Below, piece by piece: positions 21,978 to 34,449 of a stretch of 34,849 bases of DNA; the stretch's first letter is position 1; each line of letters begins with the position of its first letter. Both the position numbers and the translations under genes were made by a program. Source of the DNA: Octopus sinensis (taxonomy: Eukaryota); NCBI RefSeq assembly GCF_006345805.1, contig NW_021832076.1:1-34849 (forward strand), read 5' to 3'. The notes beneath the pieces are model-generated. The model ran no database searches, was not told where the DNA came from, and saw only the letters and a program-made list of their open reading frames with translations.

Positions 21978-22110
21978 GTATATATATATATATATATATA
22001 CATACATGCACATATATTGTATATATATATATATATGCATAAATACATACATACATACATACATACATACATACATACATACATACATACATACATACAT
22101 ACATACATGC
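21978..22110. repeat. (TA)n/(TACA)n microsatellite abutting the Helitron 3' end
   Basis: Read directly from the sequence. Confidence 0.9.
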
Positions 22111-22919
22111 ATGCATATATGCACACAAATATCAATATGTGTACATATATGCTTACATTTATCTGAACTTTTGTAATGTCTTATCTTTCTGCTATTATTT
22201 TGATTTTCATTTGAAAGCTTGGGACCAACCAAAACTATTATTATAGGAAGAACTATAAAGGCTCAATGCCTACGCATGAGTTGAGCGCGAAGTGTGTATG
22301 CACGAGAGTATGCAGTGCGTCGCAGTACTTTAACACGTTTCTCTATACGCACAATCGTGCGTATACGCCGTGTGGCGTGCATGTTTGAGTACATTTGTGT
22401 GTGAACATGTGTGCCTGTGTGTGTGTATGTGTGTGTGTTCTATAATGTGATACATTCCTGGTAGTATGCGTTAGGCATGATATATGCCTAGTTAGTAGAA
22501 TATATGATGTATTATATATCTGAGTGGCTGCATTACAGATGATGTATACATATGGCTGATAATGTATTATACATGATATACGGTCTGTTTGTAATGATAG
22601 AGGTAATATACGCTTGGTTGACTTATATATGACATAGATGATATATTACGGTATGGTGTTGGTGATCTTGGTGGTCGTGGTTGCGGTGGTGGTGGCGATG
22701 GTGTTGGTGGCGGTGATGGTGGCGGTGTCAGTGATCTTACTAGTAATAATGGTTGCAGGAGAAGTGTTGCGTGTGTGTGTGTGAGTGTGCGTGTTTTTGT
22801 GTGTGAGTGAGTGTGTATGTGTGTGTGTACGTGTGTGTGGTGTGTGTGTGTACTATACAAGATATCTATATTTCTCGTTTCTATGTTATATGTAATAGAA
22901 TGCTCATTGTTGTTATTGT

Positions 22920-23172
22920 TGTTGTTGTTGGGGGTTTACATTAAGGTCAGCCAGGATTGAGCAGACACGTGATCAATGGCGTTCAAGCGGTGACAAAGTA
23001 GTTTCCCACCAGCGCCATATTAACCATATTATTACTTTTTCTGACAATTAAGGGGCTTTTCATGAATATTTTGTTGCTATTTCTAGCAAGTCAAACAACC
23101 GAGTGGAAATCCTTCATTATTTCAATAGGCACTCTTTTGCTGTTACTGCAGCTGTTTGCTCCTAGATCAACC
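22920..23172 (+). mobile_element. Probable decayed interspersed repeat (SINE-tail-like)
   Basis: It contains the GCTATTTCTAG motif also seen at about 2905 (inverted), 7200 and 17000. Family assignment is uncertain. Confidence 0.35.
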
Positions 23173-23175
23173 CCG

Positions 23176-23210
<35 letters not shown>

Positions 23211-23345
23211 GCTCCCCAAGCATATGGTTCAGGGTTCAGTCCCACTGCGTGGCACTATGGGCAAGTGTCTTCTACTATAGCCTCGGGCCGACCAAGGCTT
23301 TCTGTGTTGATTTGGTAGAGGAAAACTGAAAGAAGCCAGTCGTTT
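23211..23345 (+). mobile_element. SINE family D head half
   Basis: ATGGTTCAGGGTTCAGTCCCACTGCGTGGCACTATGGGCAAGTGTCTTCTACTATAGCCTCGGGCCGACCAAGGC. Confidence 0.88.
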
Positions 23346-23404
23346 ATATGTATATATGTATATATGTATATATGTATATATATATATATATACATACATA
23401 GCAT

Positions 23405-23619
23405 TGTTTCAGTCATTTTAACTGTGGCCATGCTGGAGTACCTCCTTTTACTCGATGAAATCGACCCCTGGACTTATTATTTGTAAGCATAGTACATATT
23501 CTATCGTTCTCTTTGGCTGAACCAAGTTACGGGGACGTAAACGTACCAACATCGGTTGTCAAGCGATGGCGGGGTAACAAACACACACACATACACACAC
23601 ACGCACACACATACACACG

Positions 23620-23661
<42 letters not shown>

Positions 23662-23819
23662 CGACGGGATTCTTTCGGTTTCTGTCTACTAAATAGACTC
23701 ACAAGGCTTTGGTCGGCCTGAGGCTATAGTAGAAGACAGTCGCCAAGGTGCCACGCAGTGGGAGTGAACCCGGAACCATGTGGCTGGGAAGGAAGCTTCT
23801 TATCGCACATCCACGCCTA
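23405..23819 (-). mobile_element. Near full-length SINE family D
   Basis: Colinear with 18187-18610, including the internal microsatellite. Confidence 0.9.
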
Positions 23820-24351
23820 TAAACAAACATGTACACACGCATGTGTGAAGGGACGTTTTATATGTTTTGAGAACAGTTTACTGAGTTACTAGGATGACAA
23901 TACAATTTCATTTATACTTTTGTCTCCAAATATTTTATTCTGAGTTCAAAGCCAGCGCTGCAAATCAAGATGTTTCGTATACAATTACGTCTATGTAAAC
24001 AATGAGATCGAACATACCAAAAATAGGTAACGTGTGTACAAACATATTTCAAGAGTTATTGCACTTTCATCAGTGCAATAATGTGTGCATATACACACAT
24101 TAGTTACTTTCTGTCTTCGATCACATTGTCTCCATATACATATTCATTTATGAAACATCATAACTTTTACTGTTGGCACAGAACGCTATAAAAAAATCTG
24201 AAGAGATAAACTTAAGAATGAGAACATCACACTGCTAACACAAAAGTAAAACACACTATTAACTTTTAAACCTTAAATAGTCTCAGTACTACATTTTTGC
24301 TTTAAAGCAAAATGCCATGTCGGTGTTAGTAATTAGTTTTTTCAATCACGT

Positions 24352-24560
24352 GAAGGCGGAGAACTGATAAAATGGTTAGCGTGGCAGGAAAAAATGCCTA
24401 GCGGCGTTTCGTCTGTCTTTTTGTTCTGAGTTCAAATTCCGTGGAGGACGACTTTGCTTCACATCCTTTCGGGGTCGATAATATAAGTATTAACTGAATA
24501 CTGGGGTCGATGCAATCGATCAGCTCCCACCACCGAAATTGCTGGCCTTCTGCCAAAATT
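24352..24560 (+). mobile_element. SINE family C
   Basis: AAGGCGG...GTTAGCGTG...GAGTTCAAATTCCG..GAGGACGACTTTGCTTCACATCCTTTCGGGGTCGATAA. Confidence 0.82.
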
Positions 24561-24639
24561 TGATCTCCATATTTTTTTTCATGTTCTGCATTTCGTATTC
24601 AAGCTCAAAGCATTAACTTAACGCTTGTGAAATATTTTG

Positions 24640-25497
24640 TGTCTGTGTGTGTGTGTGTGTATGTGTGTGTGTGTGTGTGTACATGTATGTATGTGCAAGT
24701 ATGCATGTATGTATGTGCATATAAGTATTACGCGTGTATGTATATATGTATGTGTGCGGGTATGTACATATGTATACATATATGCACATGTGAATGTATG
24801 TATGTATGGTGTATCTATGTATGCATCCACGTAAGTAGTATGCATGTATCTATGTACGTTCGTATGTATGTATGTATGTATGTATGTATGTATGTATATA
24901 TATATGTGTGTGTGTCTGTGTGTCTCTGTGTGTGTACATGTATGTATGTATGTGCATGTATCCATGCAAGTATGTATATATGTATGTGCATATGTACGTA
25001 TGCATGTATGCGCGTATGTACATATTTATGCATATATGCACATGTGTATGTATGTATGTATGTATCTACGAATGCAAGTATGTCTGTATGTGTGTATTTA
25101 TGCATGTATCCATGTAAGTAGTATGTATGTATCTATGTACGTTCGTATGTATGTATATATGTATGTATGTGCGCGCGTGTGTGTGTACATGTATGTATGT
25201 ATCTGCATGTATGTATGTGCATTATACATGCATGTGTATATGTATGTATGTGCATATAAGTATGTACATATGCATGTATGTATGTATGTGCGTATGTACA
25301 TAAGTATGCATATATGCACATGTGCAGGTATGTATGTATATATGTATGCATGTATGTATGAATACAAGTATGCACGAATGTGTGTGTGCGCGCGCGCGTA
25401 TGTGTGTATGTGTGTGTGTGGGTGCGTGTGTGTGTGGGTGCGTGTGCGTGTGTGTGTGTGTGCGTGTGTGTGTGTGTGTGCGTGTGCGTGTGTGTAT
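24640..25497. repeat. Tract of about 860 bp of largely alternating purine-pyrimidine sequence ((TATG)n/(TG)n-derived) with internal duplication
   Basis: ATCCA.GTAAGTAGTATG.ATGTATCTATGTACGTTCGTATGTATGTA occurs at about 24825 and 25108. Confidence 0.88.
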
Positions 25498-25679
25498 TTG
25501 AATGAATATCTACCAGGTTACTAGGGCTGCTATTCATCATTTGGCAAACAATTATAATGAAGAACCCTGGACACTTGGAGACAGGCAAAGACAGACAGGC
25601 ATGCAGACAAGCGGACCAAGCATGACCAATTAAAACGCGCGGTACGAGAATTATGGGAGCAAGACGATGGCGGGGATGG

Positions 25680-26440
25680 TAGAGAAAAGGATGACGAAGA
25701 CGACAACGACGACCACGACGATGACAATGATGATGATGGAGGAGGAGGAGGAAGAGGAGGATGAAGATGATGATGAGTATGCTGACGACGACGACGACGA
25801 CGATGATGATAATGATGGCGATGACGATGAGGTTAATGGTGATGATCATGATCAGGATAATCCTGATCCTGATATGATGATGATGATGATGATGATGACG
25901 ATGATGGTGATGGTGATGGTGATGATGATGATGATGATGATGGGGATGATGATGAGGATAATGTCGACGACGACAACGACGACAATGGCAATGTTTTGAC
26001 AACGGTAGTAATGAAAATATTAACAGTGAGAACGATGATGATTATGGTGATGGCGATGATGATGATGGCGACGACGGCGGCGATGATGATGATGATGATG
26101 ATGATGATGGTGATGAGGGTGATGAGGGTGATGATGATGACGACGATGATGACGTTGTTGATGATGATGATGATGATGATGACGACGATGACGATGATGA
26201 CGATGATGATGATGATGATGATGATGATGGTGATGACGGTAACGATAATGGTAATGTTGTGACAACGGTGATAATGAAAATAATGGTAACGGTGAGAACG
26301 ATGATGATGATGGTGATGATGATGATGATGATGATGATGAAGATGATGATTAAGATGCTGCTGAAGATGATGATAGTAATAGGAACAGTAATATTACTAG
26401 TAATAATAATGATAATTGCATCTAATAATAGTAATAAATA
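25680..26440. repeat. Cryptic (GAT/GAC/GGT)n trinucleotide tract with a duplication of about 263 bp
   Basis: AATGG.AATGTT.TGACAACGGT..TAATGAAAATA...GTGAGAACGATGATG occurs at 25984 and 26247. Confidence 0.85.
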
Positions 26441-26739
26441 ATTAAATACGAGGCGTTATCAAGAAGCTATTTATCTCGCTTGACACAAAAATTCAACGGC
26501 AGCCATATTGTCACTTCTGTTTAGACACCCGAGTAGGCTGTAAAACCCGTCAATGTTTGTCGCCACCTACCTGCCTACCCACCAGCATCTAACCTCCAAA
26601 TACCGTCTTTCCTACCCCCCTCTGCCATAGAATGTCACACTGACAGCAGCACCGCCGCCACCGTCGCCGCCAACACTGACACCGCTCCGCTCCACCTTCG
26701 GTATTATTACGTCTACAAAATCATAGCCAGAAACTTCAC

Positions 26740-26810
26740 CAACCAAGAAACCAACCAGCCAGCCAGTCAACCAGCCAACCAACCAGCCAACCAACCAACC
26801 AGCCAGCCAG
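26740..26810. repeat. (CCAA/CCAG)n tetranucleotide tract
   Basis: Read directly from the sequence. Confidence 0.85.
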
Positions 26811-27094
26811 AGAGAGCGACCGAACAGAACGACTTTCTGAATAAGCAAACCCGCTATTTCTTCTCTCGTCAACTCTTGAAGTCCCGGCCGCCACTATAAA
26901 CTTCTTCGACACTGCCACTACCACCACCCCTACTGCTAATACCACCACCACCACCGTCAAGGCACCATTTTTTGATGTTGTGGTTATAGCTGTTTAATGC
27001 TAGTTTAGTAATTCTATCTTATTTATTTTCCCCGAGCAACCTCGCTCTCACTGTCTCACTCATTCCCTACCTCTATCCAGCTATCCATCTACCT

Positions 27095-27304
27095 CTCTTT
27101 CTTCTTCTTCTTCTTCTTCTTTCTTCTTCTTCTTCTTCTTCTTCTTCTTCTACTTCTTCTTCTACTTCTTTTTCTTTTACCTCTACTTCTTCTTCTTTTA
27201 CTTCTACTTCTTCTTTTACTTCTTCTATTTCTTCTACTTCTTCTACTTCTACTTCTTCTTTTCTTCTTCTACAACTACTACTTCTTCTCCTTCTCCTTCT
27301 TCTT

Positions 27305-27335
<31 letters not shown>

Positions 27336-27400
27336 TTATTATTATTATTTATTATTATTATTATTTTATTATTATTATTATTTAATTATTATTATTCTCT
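27095..27400. repeat. (CTT/CTA)n followed by (ATT)n microsatellite
   Basis: Read directly from the sequence. Confidence 0.93.
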
Positions 27401-27974
27401 CTCTCTTTCTGCATTTCCCTCTTTCTACAACTGTCTATTTCTAATGCGTTTCTATCACTACATACTCTTCACAATACCGCCAACACCATCACCATCGTTG
27501 TATTCCCGCCGTCGTCGTCGTCGTCGTCGTTGTCATTGCCTTCACTACTACTACTACCATCATTACTCACCACCACCACCACCTCCGCCACCATTGCCAC
27601 TACCCCCGCGAAGCACTTTTGTTTCTTTGCGTCTTTATACGAAATGAGTGGGTGTATGTATGCGTGTGTGAAGACATACGTGTATGCAATCATGTGTATG
27701 GTGTATGCGTGTATAGAAAGATTATATATACACATGCGCATATATAAATATATATATATTTCTATGTATACATGCATATATATGTGTGTGGGTGTATGTA
27801 TGTGTATGTGTGTGTGTGTGTGTGTGTGTGTATACACGTATGCGTCACACTGTTATCATATGCCTGTGTTGACGGTGTCGGGTGTGCGCATGAAAACGAG
27901 ATAATTTTTATCATCCATGAAAGTCATCATACATGCACGGTTATTTAAAACATACGCATAAGTATTCACATGTA

Positions 27975-28120
<146 letters not shown>

Positions 28121-28741
28121 CATGGAGATAGAGAGAGACTCACACAAACACCAACGCGTATGCATGATACCAGTTTGACTCAACTCTACATTACTTTCGG
28201 TTTCGTGGGCGTAGGACACGTCCTCAACATCTGATGAGATGGTCGTGCCCCTACGCGTTCTTCTTTTTTTCGTTTGTTGCTCACTCTTGCAAGTGACCTA
28301 GTAATTAGAAGTGTTGGACCAGCGATTATTATAAGATCAGTTTTCGATTCCAGGACAGTGAGATGTTGTGTGTCATTGTGGGTGGCATTTTGTTCTGTTC
28401 TACACAGCTAAAATAAATACTAGATGAGTGGATGTGCAGCCTTCTCCCTCCAGCTCTCAGATTTTCCTTGTTCCGCTAAATCAAGGACAGGATTTTCAAA
28501 GAGTTGTTTATGTCTGTTCACGATTCTATAGAGATCTAAAACAATTGACGAAGCCATCGTACCTGCCATCAAGTCACACACCCTGCGAATGACGGCTATG
28601 TTCATATATGTGCGTGTATGTGTTTGAGTATGTATACATGTATGTACATTTGTGTGTCTGTGTCCGTGTATATGCATGGGGAATGTAAATACAATGAACA
28701 TTTGAAGGTGTTACACAAGAAAAACATTGTCTCGATTCTTT

Positions 28742-29135
28742 TAATCTATAACTTGTTTCAGTTTTTGGACCGCGGTCTTGTTGGGACACAGCCTTGAAAT
28801 ATGTACATAAAGAGCCACTTCGGTCATGAATGACCATGAGATTGCACCTAGAAAGTTCCCCTCCGAGGCACAAGTCCGAGCAAGGTTGCATATGGAAGAG
28901 CAACACTCGCCCATGCATACTAGCCTCTCCTCTCCCTGCCACTGATGTTGTCCAATGGAAAGGCAAAGACTGATACAGCTTGGCACCAGTGACGTCGCAA
29001 CTCATTTCTACAGCTGAGTGAACTGGAGCAACGTGAAATAAAGTGTCTTGCTCAAGAACATTATACACAGCCCGGTCCAGGAATCGAATTCATGACATCA
29101 TGATTGTGAGCCCGATGCACTGAGCCAAGTGCCTT
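28742..29135 (-). mobile_element. tRNA-headed CORE-like SINE (family E; B-like head with a D-like tail)
   Basis: The minus-strand head is ...ATGAATTCGATTCCTGGACCGGGCTG...TTCTTGAGCAAGACACTTTATTTCACGTTGCTCCAGTTCACTCAGCTG. The tail is CTGAAACAAGT, as in family D. Confidence 0.8.
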
Positions 29136-29524
29136 CAACAGATACATAGAATATATCATATCCCGAACTTATAGCCCGGATTAACGTAACATATACACAT
29201 CTGCTATGTTGTATAAACTACAAATTCCTTCAGCTTTGTCCTCATCCCTTTCCATAGACATTGCAGCCATTCTTCTAATTATTTTGTAATTATTCAGTAA
29301 ACACTTTCAGGGGGGAAACTACCTCGTTTTCGGATGGGTTTAGATAAGTATTATGAAGCACAGGTGTATCTATTGAATTTGTTTTCACGCATACGTCCAC
29401 ATACACACTGAGACACACACACAAACGCACACGCACACATACGCACACCCGGACACACATACAAAACACGTCGTTGCAATCTTCGTGACGCCAATTGTTG
29501 TTATTGGAGGGGTGGAGCAGTGCC

Positions 29525-29545
29525 GTAGTAGTAGTAATAGGAGCG

Positions 29546-29602
<57 letters not shown>

Positions 29603-29620
29603 TAGTAGCAGCAGCAGCTG
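29525..29620. repeat. (AGC)n/(AGT)n microsatellite
   Basis: Read directly from the sequence. Confidence 0.92.
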
Positions 29621-30001
29621 CAATTATTGTATGTATCGTTGATGATTGCCTTATTGTTGCTAACGCTGTAGTTACTTTTGTTGATGTTGCTATTGCTCTC
29701 ACTATTTGTGGTATCTGTAGTAGTTGTAATTGCTGTTGTTATTATATTATGATCTTTGTTGCGACGTTTACTGTTGTAGTTGCTAACATGTTTTTCTTTC
29801 ATACAATGCTATGTTGCTAATATAGCAACCGTAGTTTTCCTTGGTTTTGTTGTTGCTGTTGCTGTTACTATTGTTGCTATCACGATTCGTCATGTTATTG
29901 TTGCAATTTCTGCTGTTATTGCTGCTAACTGTATTGGTGTTTCTTATCTTTGGTTGCTAATGCTTTCGGACTGACTATTGTTGTTGCTATTTTTTTGTTA
30001 C

Positions 30002-30185
30002 TAAGGCAGCGAGCTGATAGAATCGCTAGAACACCGGACGAAATGCTTAGCGATATTTCGTCTGCCGCTACGTTATGAGTTCAAATTCTATCGAGGTCGA
30101 CATTAACTTTCATCCTTCCGGAGTCGATAAAATAAGTATCAGTTAATGGACTGACCCCTACCATGATATTTCAGGCTTTGTACCT
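30002..30185 (+). mobile_element. SINE family C
   Basis: TAAGGCAGCGAGCTG...GAAATGCTTAGCG.TATTTCG...GAGTTCAAATTC...GAGGTCGAC...CATCCTTCCGGAGTCGATAAAATAAGT. Confidence 0.82.
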
Positions 30186-30325
30186 ATAGTAGAACGTATC
30201 ATTATTGATGTTACTGTCGAAATTTTCATTGAATATGCTATTGCAATTGATCTTATTACGATTGCTAATGTTACCGTTCTCATAGTTGTTGCTATTGGCG
30301 ATATCATTGTTATCATTGTATTAAG

Positions 30326-30535
30326 ACAGCAAGCCGGCCGAATCGTTAGCCCGGCGAAGAAACTGCTTAGCCGCATTTCGCCCTTTCATACGTTCTGAGT
30401 TCAAATTCTGCCGAGGTGCACTTTGCCTTTCATCCTTTCGGGGTGGCTAAAATAATTATCAACCAAATACTTGAGTCAATGGAGTCAAGTAGCCCCACAT
30501 CCTCTGAAATTTCAGGCCTTGTGCCTATATGGGAA
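30326..30535 (+). mobile_element. SINE family C
   Basis: GAATCGTTAGC...GTTCTGAGTTCAAATTCTGCCGAGGTGCACTTTGCCTTTCATCCTTTCGGGG. Confidence 0.82.
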
Positions 30536-31474
30536 AGGCTTACTTCTCTTGGTGTTGCTATTGTCACTCGTACATTTGTCATTTCCTACGTAGCTTTATC
30601 GATGATCTTGTTATTCTTATCGTTGCTGTTGCTAACGTGATTGTAGTTGCTGCTATTGTTAATACCGTAGCAGTTATTGCTTCCGTACTCATTAATGTTG
30701 CTATTATTGTTATTCTTGGTAGCATTATTGCTGCCGCTGCTTTTCTGTTTATTATTAGTCTTTGTTGTTGCTAACGTTGTTATTGTAGCTGTTCAAATGT
30801 AGTTACCATCGCCTTTTGTTTCACTGTTGGCGCTGCTGTTCTTGTTATTTCTATTGGTTTTGTTCTTACCTTTGCTTCTATTGTTGCTGTTGTTGTTGTA
30901 GTTATTGTTGTTGTTACTGTAATAATCGCTTTTTTGTTATTGCTAATGTTGCTAATATTATAGTCATTGGTCTTTGTTCTTTACTTTTTTTCTCCTATTT
31001 TTCCTATTAAACTTGTCATTGTTTTCGTTCTTCCTACTCTTGCTATGGCGGTAGCTGTTGCCCTTTTACTTGTTGTTACTGTTACATTTTCTTTTATCGT
31101 ATTTGTTCCTATTGTTGTTGCTCTGTATTCCAGATCGTTTAACGCCGGTCTGCGCATGTGTTAAGCCCGCAGGAGGTACCGCTGACTTCAACTCTATGAA
31201 AACACTTTGTCAACAATGATGAGTTGCTTCAAGTCGTTCCTAAGCAATTTCAACCGATGTTTACATTTTTTTTTAGGAGGATGGGGGTTCTTTTTAGTTT
31301 TCTTTCATTTTATTATTTCTTTGCTCTCCTTTTGTTGATTTGTTTTTCCTGCCGAAACAGGAATAAGTCAATACGACTACGGAGTAAATATTGTTTACCC
31401 AGGTTTTCCACTGGCTCTGATCTACCAACCATAAATACTGTAGTTTAAGCAGTTTTGCCGGCCGACGAAGCCAC

Positions 31475-32008
31475 ACATACATATACACAAACATACACAT
31501 GCACATGTGCATACCTATATACATTCACATACACACATTGAAGCATTCACAGACACACACACACATATATGAACATATACACAAAAAAATTGTGTGTATA
31601 TATATATATATATGTATATATATATACATACATATACACATATATATACATATATACATATACACATATACATATATATCGCGGCTGCCCCCTCGTTATC
31701 GAGTATATATGTATACATACACACACATAGATATATAGATAAATACACGCATACGTACATAAATATATATATATATACACATACACACATATATATATAT
31801 ACATATACACATGTATATACATATATATACACATATACATATATATATGTATACATACACACACATACATATATACATATACACACACACACACACATAT
31901 ATATACATATGTATGTGTGTGTATGTATGTATTTGTGCGTGTGTGTCTATATGCATATTTACATATCTATGCGTGTATGTGTGTATATGTGTGTGTGTGT
32001 GTTATGTG

Positions 32009-32057
<49 letters not shown>

Positions 32058-32060
32058 CAT
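31475..32060. repeat. Compound (CA)/(TA)/(TG) microsatellite block
   Basis: Read directly from the sequence. Confidence 0.9.
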
Positions 32061-32152
32061 ATATTCACAGAAAGAGAGGAAGAGGGAAGACAATAATCGA
32101 AGTATAGTGGAGAATTAGAAACGAGTTTTCAGTTAAGCCAAGTTACGGCCCT

Positions 32153-32194
<42 letters not shown>

Positions 32195-32761
32195 CAAACA
32201 CACACATACATACCTACATACATATCTAAATACAGACACAGGCACGAGTAAGTACATATACGTACGCAAAGGAACGTGTTTACACAGAATGTTTGCCGAT
32301 AAACTGACGTGTATTGGATCTAAGTACGTACGTTCGTATGACTGTATATACACGCGCAAGTATGCAAGGATGTGTACGACCATGCATGTATGTATGTATG
32401 TATGTATATGTATATATGCATTACATGTACTCAGGCATGAATAAATGCATATCAATATATATATATATTTATATACATAATACATACATACACACACACA
32501 TATATATATATATGTATGTATATGTATGTATATGTGTGCCTGTGTGTCGGTATACATATATATATATTTATATGTCTGTGCCTGTGTATGTGTGTATTTA
32601 TATGCATGTCTGTATGTATATATGTGTGGGTGGGTGAGTGGGTGTGTGGGTGTGTTCTTCACTGTTTTATTATATGTGTGCTTACGTATACATATACATT
32701 GTCTTCTCAGATAAAACAATTCCTACACACAGAATCTGTCGTACGCGCGCATGTGTGTCTG

Positions 32762-32763
32762 TG

Positions 32764-32832
<69 letters not shown>
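32762..32832. repeat. (ATAG)n microsatellite
   Basis: Read directly from the sequence. Confidence 0.95.
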
Positions 32833-32833
<1 letters not shown>

Positions 32834-32867
32834 AAACTACTATGTAGCATGTATTGCGTATACATAG

Positions 32868-32955
32868 AGGCACAGGCATGGTTCTATGGTAAGAAATTTG
32901 TTTCCCAATCACATGGTTCCGCGTTCAAAATCACTGCGTGCCATCGTGGGCGGTG
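32868..32955 (+). mobile_element. SINE family D-like head fragment
   Basis: AGGCACAGGCATGG..CTATGGTAAGAA.TTTG.TTCCCAATCACATGGTTCCGCGTTCA...CACTGCGTG. Confidence 0.7.
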
Positions 32956-33158
32956 GTCTTTTATTTTTTTTCTATTCATTAGACGGTTTTTGTGGAAGGA
33001 ATCAACCTCAGTATTTATTTATTTGTTTATTCTTCAGGCTGGCACTTATTCTATCGGTCTCTTTGCGGAACCGCTTCGTTACGGGGACGTAAACACACCA
33101 ACACCGGTTGTCAAGCGGTGGGGGAGAACAAAAACTGACACAAAGACACACATAGATA

Positions 33159-33553
33159 TCTTTATATATAAAAGTGAGGTTGTGTGTCGTCTGTCTCCTA
33201 CGATTTAGATTCGTAACTACTCCCACATTTTGCAGTGCAGTTTAACCCAAACCGGGTATCTTATAGTCGTGATTCATATCGAGCCCTTCTGGGTATTAGC
33301 GCGCGTCTACGATGAGTCTACGATTAAAAAAAAAATTACCATCATTTTTTCCCATTTTTAAGGCATTTTTGGCATATATAAGGGAAGTAACTCTCTAAAA
33401 ATTTATTATTAAATCTCAGGACGTAAAATGCTACAGTAACATCCCCCCCTTGTGGTTAGCCATATTGAGATGTCTATTATACTTTACATCTCTAAAAATG
33501 CTTATATAGTTATTTCCCTTACAAACCCGAGCAACGCCGGGTGATACTGCTAG
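33159..33553 (+). mobile_element. Intact non-autonomous Helitron, 395 bp
   Basis: It is inserted at A|T with no TSD. The 5' end is TCTTTATATATAAAAG and the 3' end is the hairpin CCCGAGCAACGCCGGG followed by CTAG. The 3' end resembles 21949-21976. Confidence 0.88.
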
Positions 33554-33630
33554 TATATATATACATACGTAGGACAGGCTTCTTTCAGTTTCTGTCAATT
33601 GTTGTTACTAATTACTATTATTGATGTTAC

Positions 33631-33710
33631 TAAGGCGGTGAGCTGGCAGATTCGTTAGCATGCCGGGTAAAATGTATAACGGCATTTCTTCCGTCCACAC
33701 GTTCTGAATC
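33631..33710 (+). mobile_element. SINE family C 5' fragment
   Basis: TAAGGCGGTGAGCTGGCAGATTCGTTAGCATGCCGGGTAAAATG...GTTCTGA. Confidence 0.78.
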
Positions 33711-33825
33711 TTTTGTCAGCCCAAAGCTAAGGTTCCACGTAGTCGGACTGAACACTGAATCATGTGATTTGGAAGCAAGCTTCTTACCATACGGCCACGC
33801 CTGCGCATGTCACGCACATGTGGTT

Positions 33826-34167
33826 GTGATGCATGTGCCTGGTGTACCCTTATCAGACGGATAGTCTGGTGGGTATATTGGTCATCGTAAATTTTACCCC
33901 AGTGTCACTGTTGGTCACAATGCGTTCGCATTGTTTTAGCCTTCAAATGACGCCACCCCGCTGGCTACGCGAGCAGGCTAACAGAAGAAAGAGTGAGAGA
34001 AAGTTGTGGTGAAAGAGTACAGCAGGGATCACCACCCCCTGTCGGAGCCTCGTGGAGCTTTTAGATGCTTTTGCTCAATAAACACTCACAACGCCCGGTC
34101 TAGGAATCGAAACCGCGATCCTACGACCGCGAGTCCGCTGCCCTGACCACTAGGCCAGTGCGCCTCC
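33826..34167 (-). mobile_element. tRNA-derived SINE (family A head, different 3' part)
   Basis: The minus-strand head GGAGGCGCACTGGCCTAGTGGTCAGGGCAGCGGACTCGCGGTCGTAGGATCGCGGTTTCGATTCC matches 36-306. Confidence 0.85.
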
Positions 34168-34207
34168 ACACACACACACACACACACACACCACACACAC
34201 ACACACA

Positions 34208-34297
<90 letters not shown>

Positions 34298-34449
34298 GAT
34301 AGAGAGAGAGAGAGAAGAGAGAGAGAGATGTGTTTTTCTTTTGTTTTGCAACATTCTATCTTAACGACAGATCTAAGGAAAGGGGAAAGCGAGAGTATGC
34401 CATTCATATAGTCGCAAATTGTGATGAAAGGATTCTGACAAACCAGTTG

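Larger units (their letters stand above)
29620..31110. repeat. Degenerate (TTG/CTG/TTA)n low-complexity region hosting two SINE C copies
   Basis: Trinucleotide periodicity throughout produces the hydrophobic pseudo-ORFs. Confidence 0.75.
33036..33826 (-). mobile_element. SINE family D split by a Helitron and a SINE C insertion
   Basis: The tail part is 33036-33158, the GACAGGCTTCTTTCAGTTTC segment is about 33572-33597, and the head part is about 33720-33826 (GCAAGCTTCTTACCATACGGCCACGCCTGCGC). Confidence 0.8.

Noticed and set aside
24056-24101. Two adjacent short hairpins (10-bp and 8-bp stems)
   Set aside because: Stems this short are expected by chance in AT- and CA-rich sequence, and no recognisable motif is present.
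25133-26002. 289-aa poly-His ORF, the longest in the track
   Set aside because: It is a concatenation of (CAT)n, a short unique stretch and (CA)/(CATA)n microsatellites. No domain or coherent composition is visible.
26447-26560. TACGAGG-starting segment as a mariner TIR
   Set aside because: No matching inverted partner or transposase sequence is nearby.
28205-28260. CTGATGAG within the hairpin GCGTAGG..CCTACGC as a hammerhead
   Set aside because: There is no correctly placed GAAA or NUH triplet on either strand.
28574-29068. 164-aa minus-strand ORF
   Set aside because: It lies almost wholly within a SINE (28742-29135) and the adjacent microsatellite.
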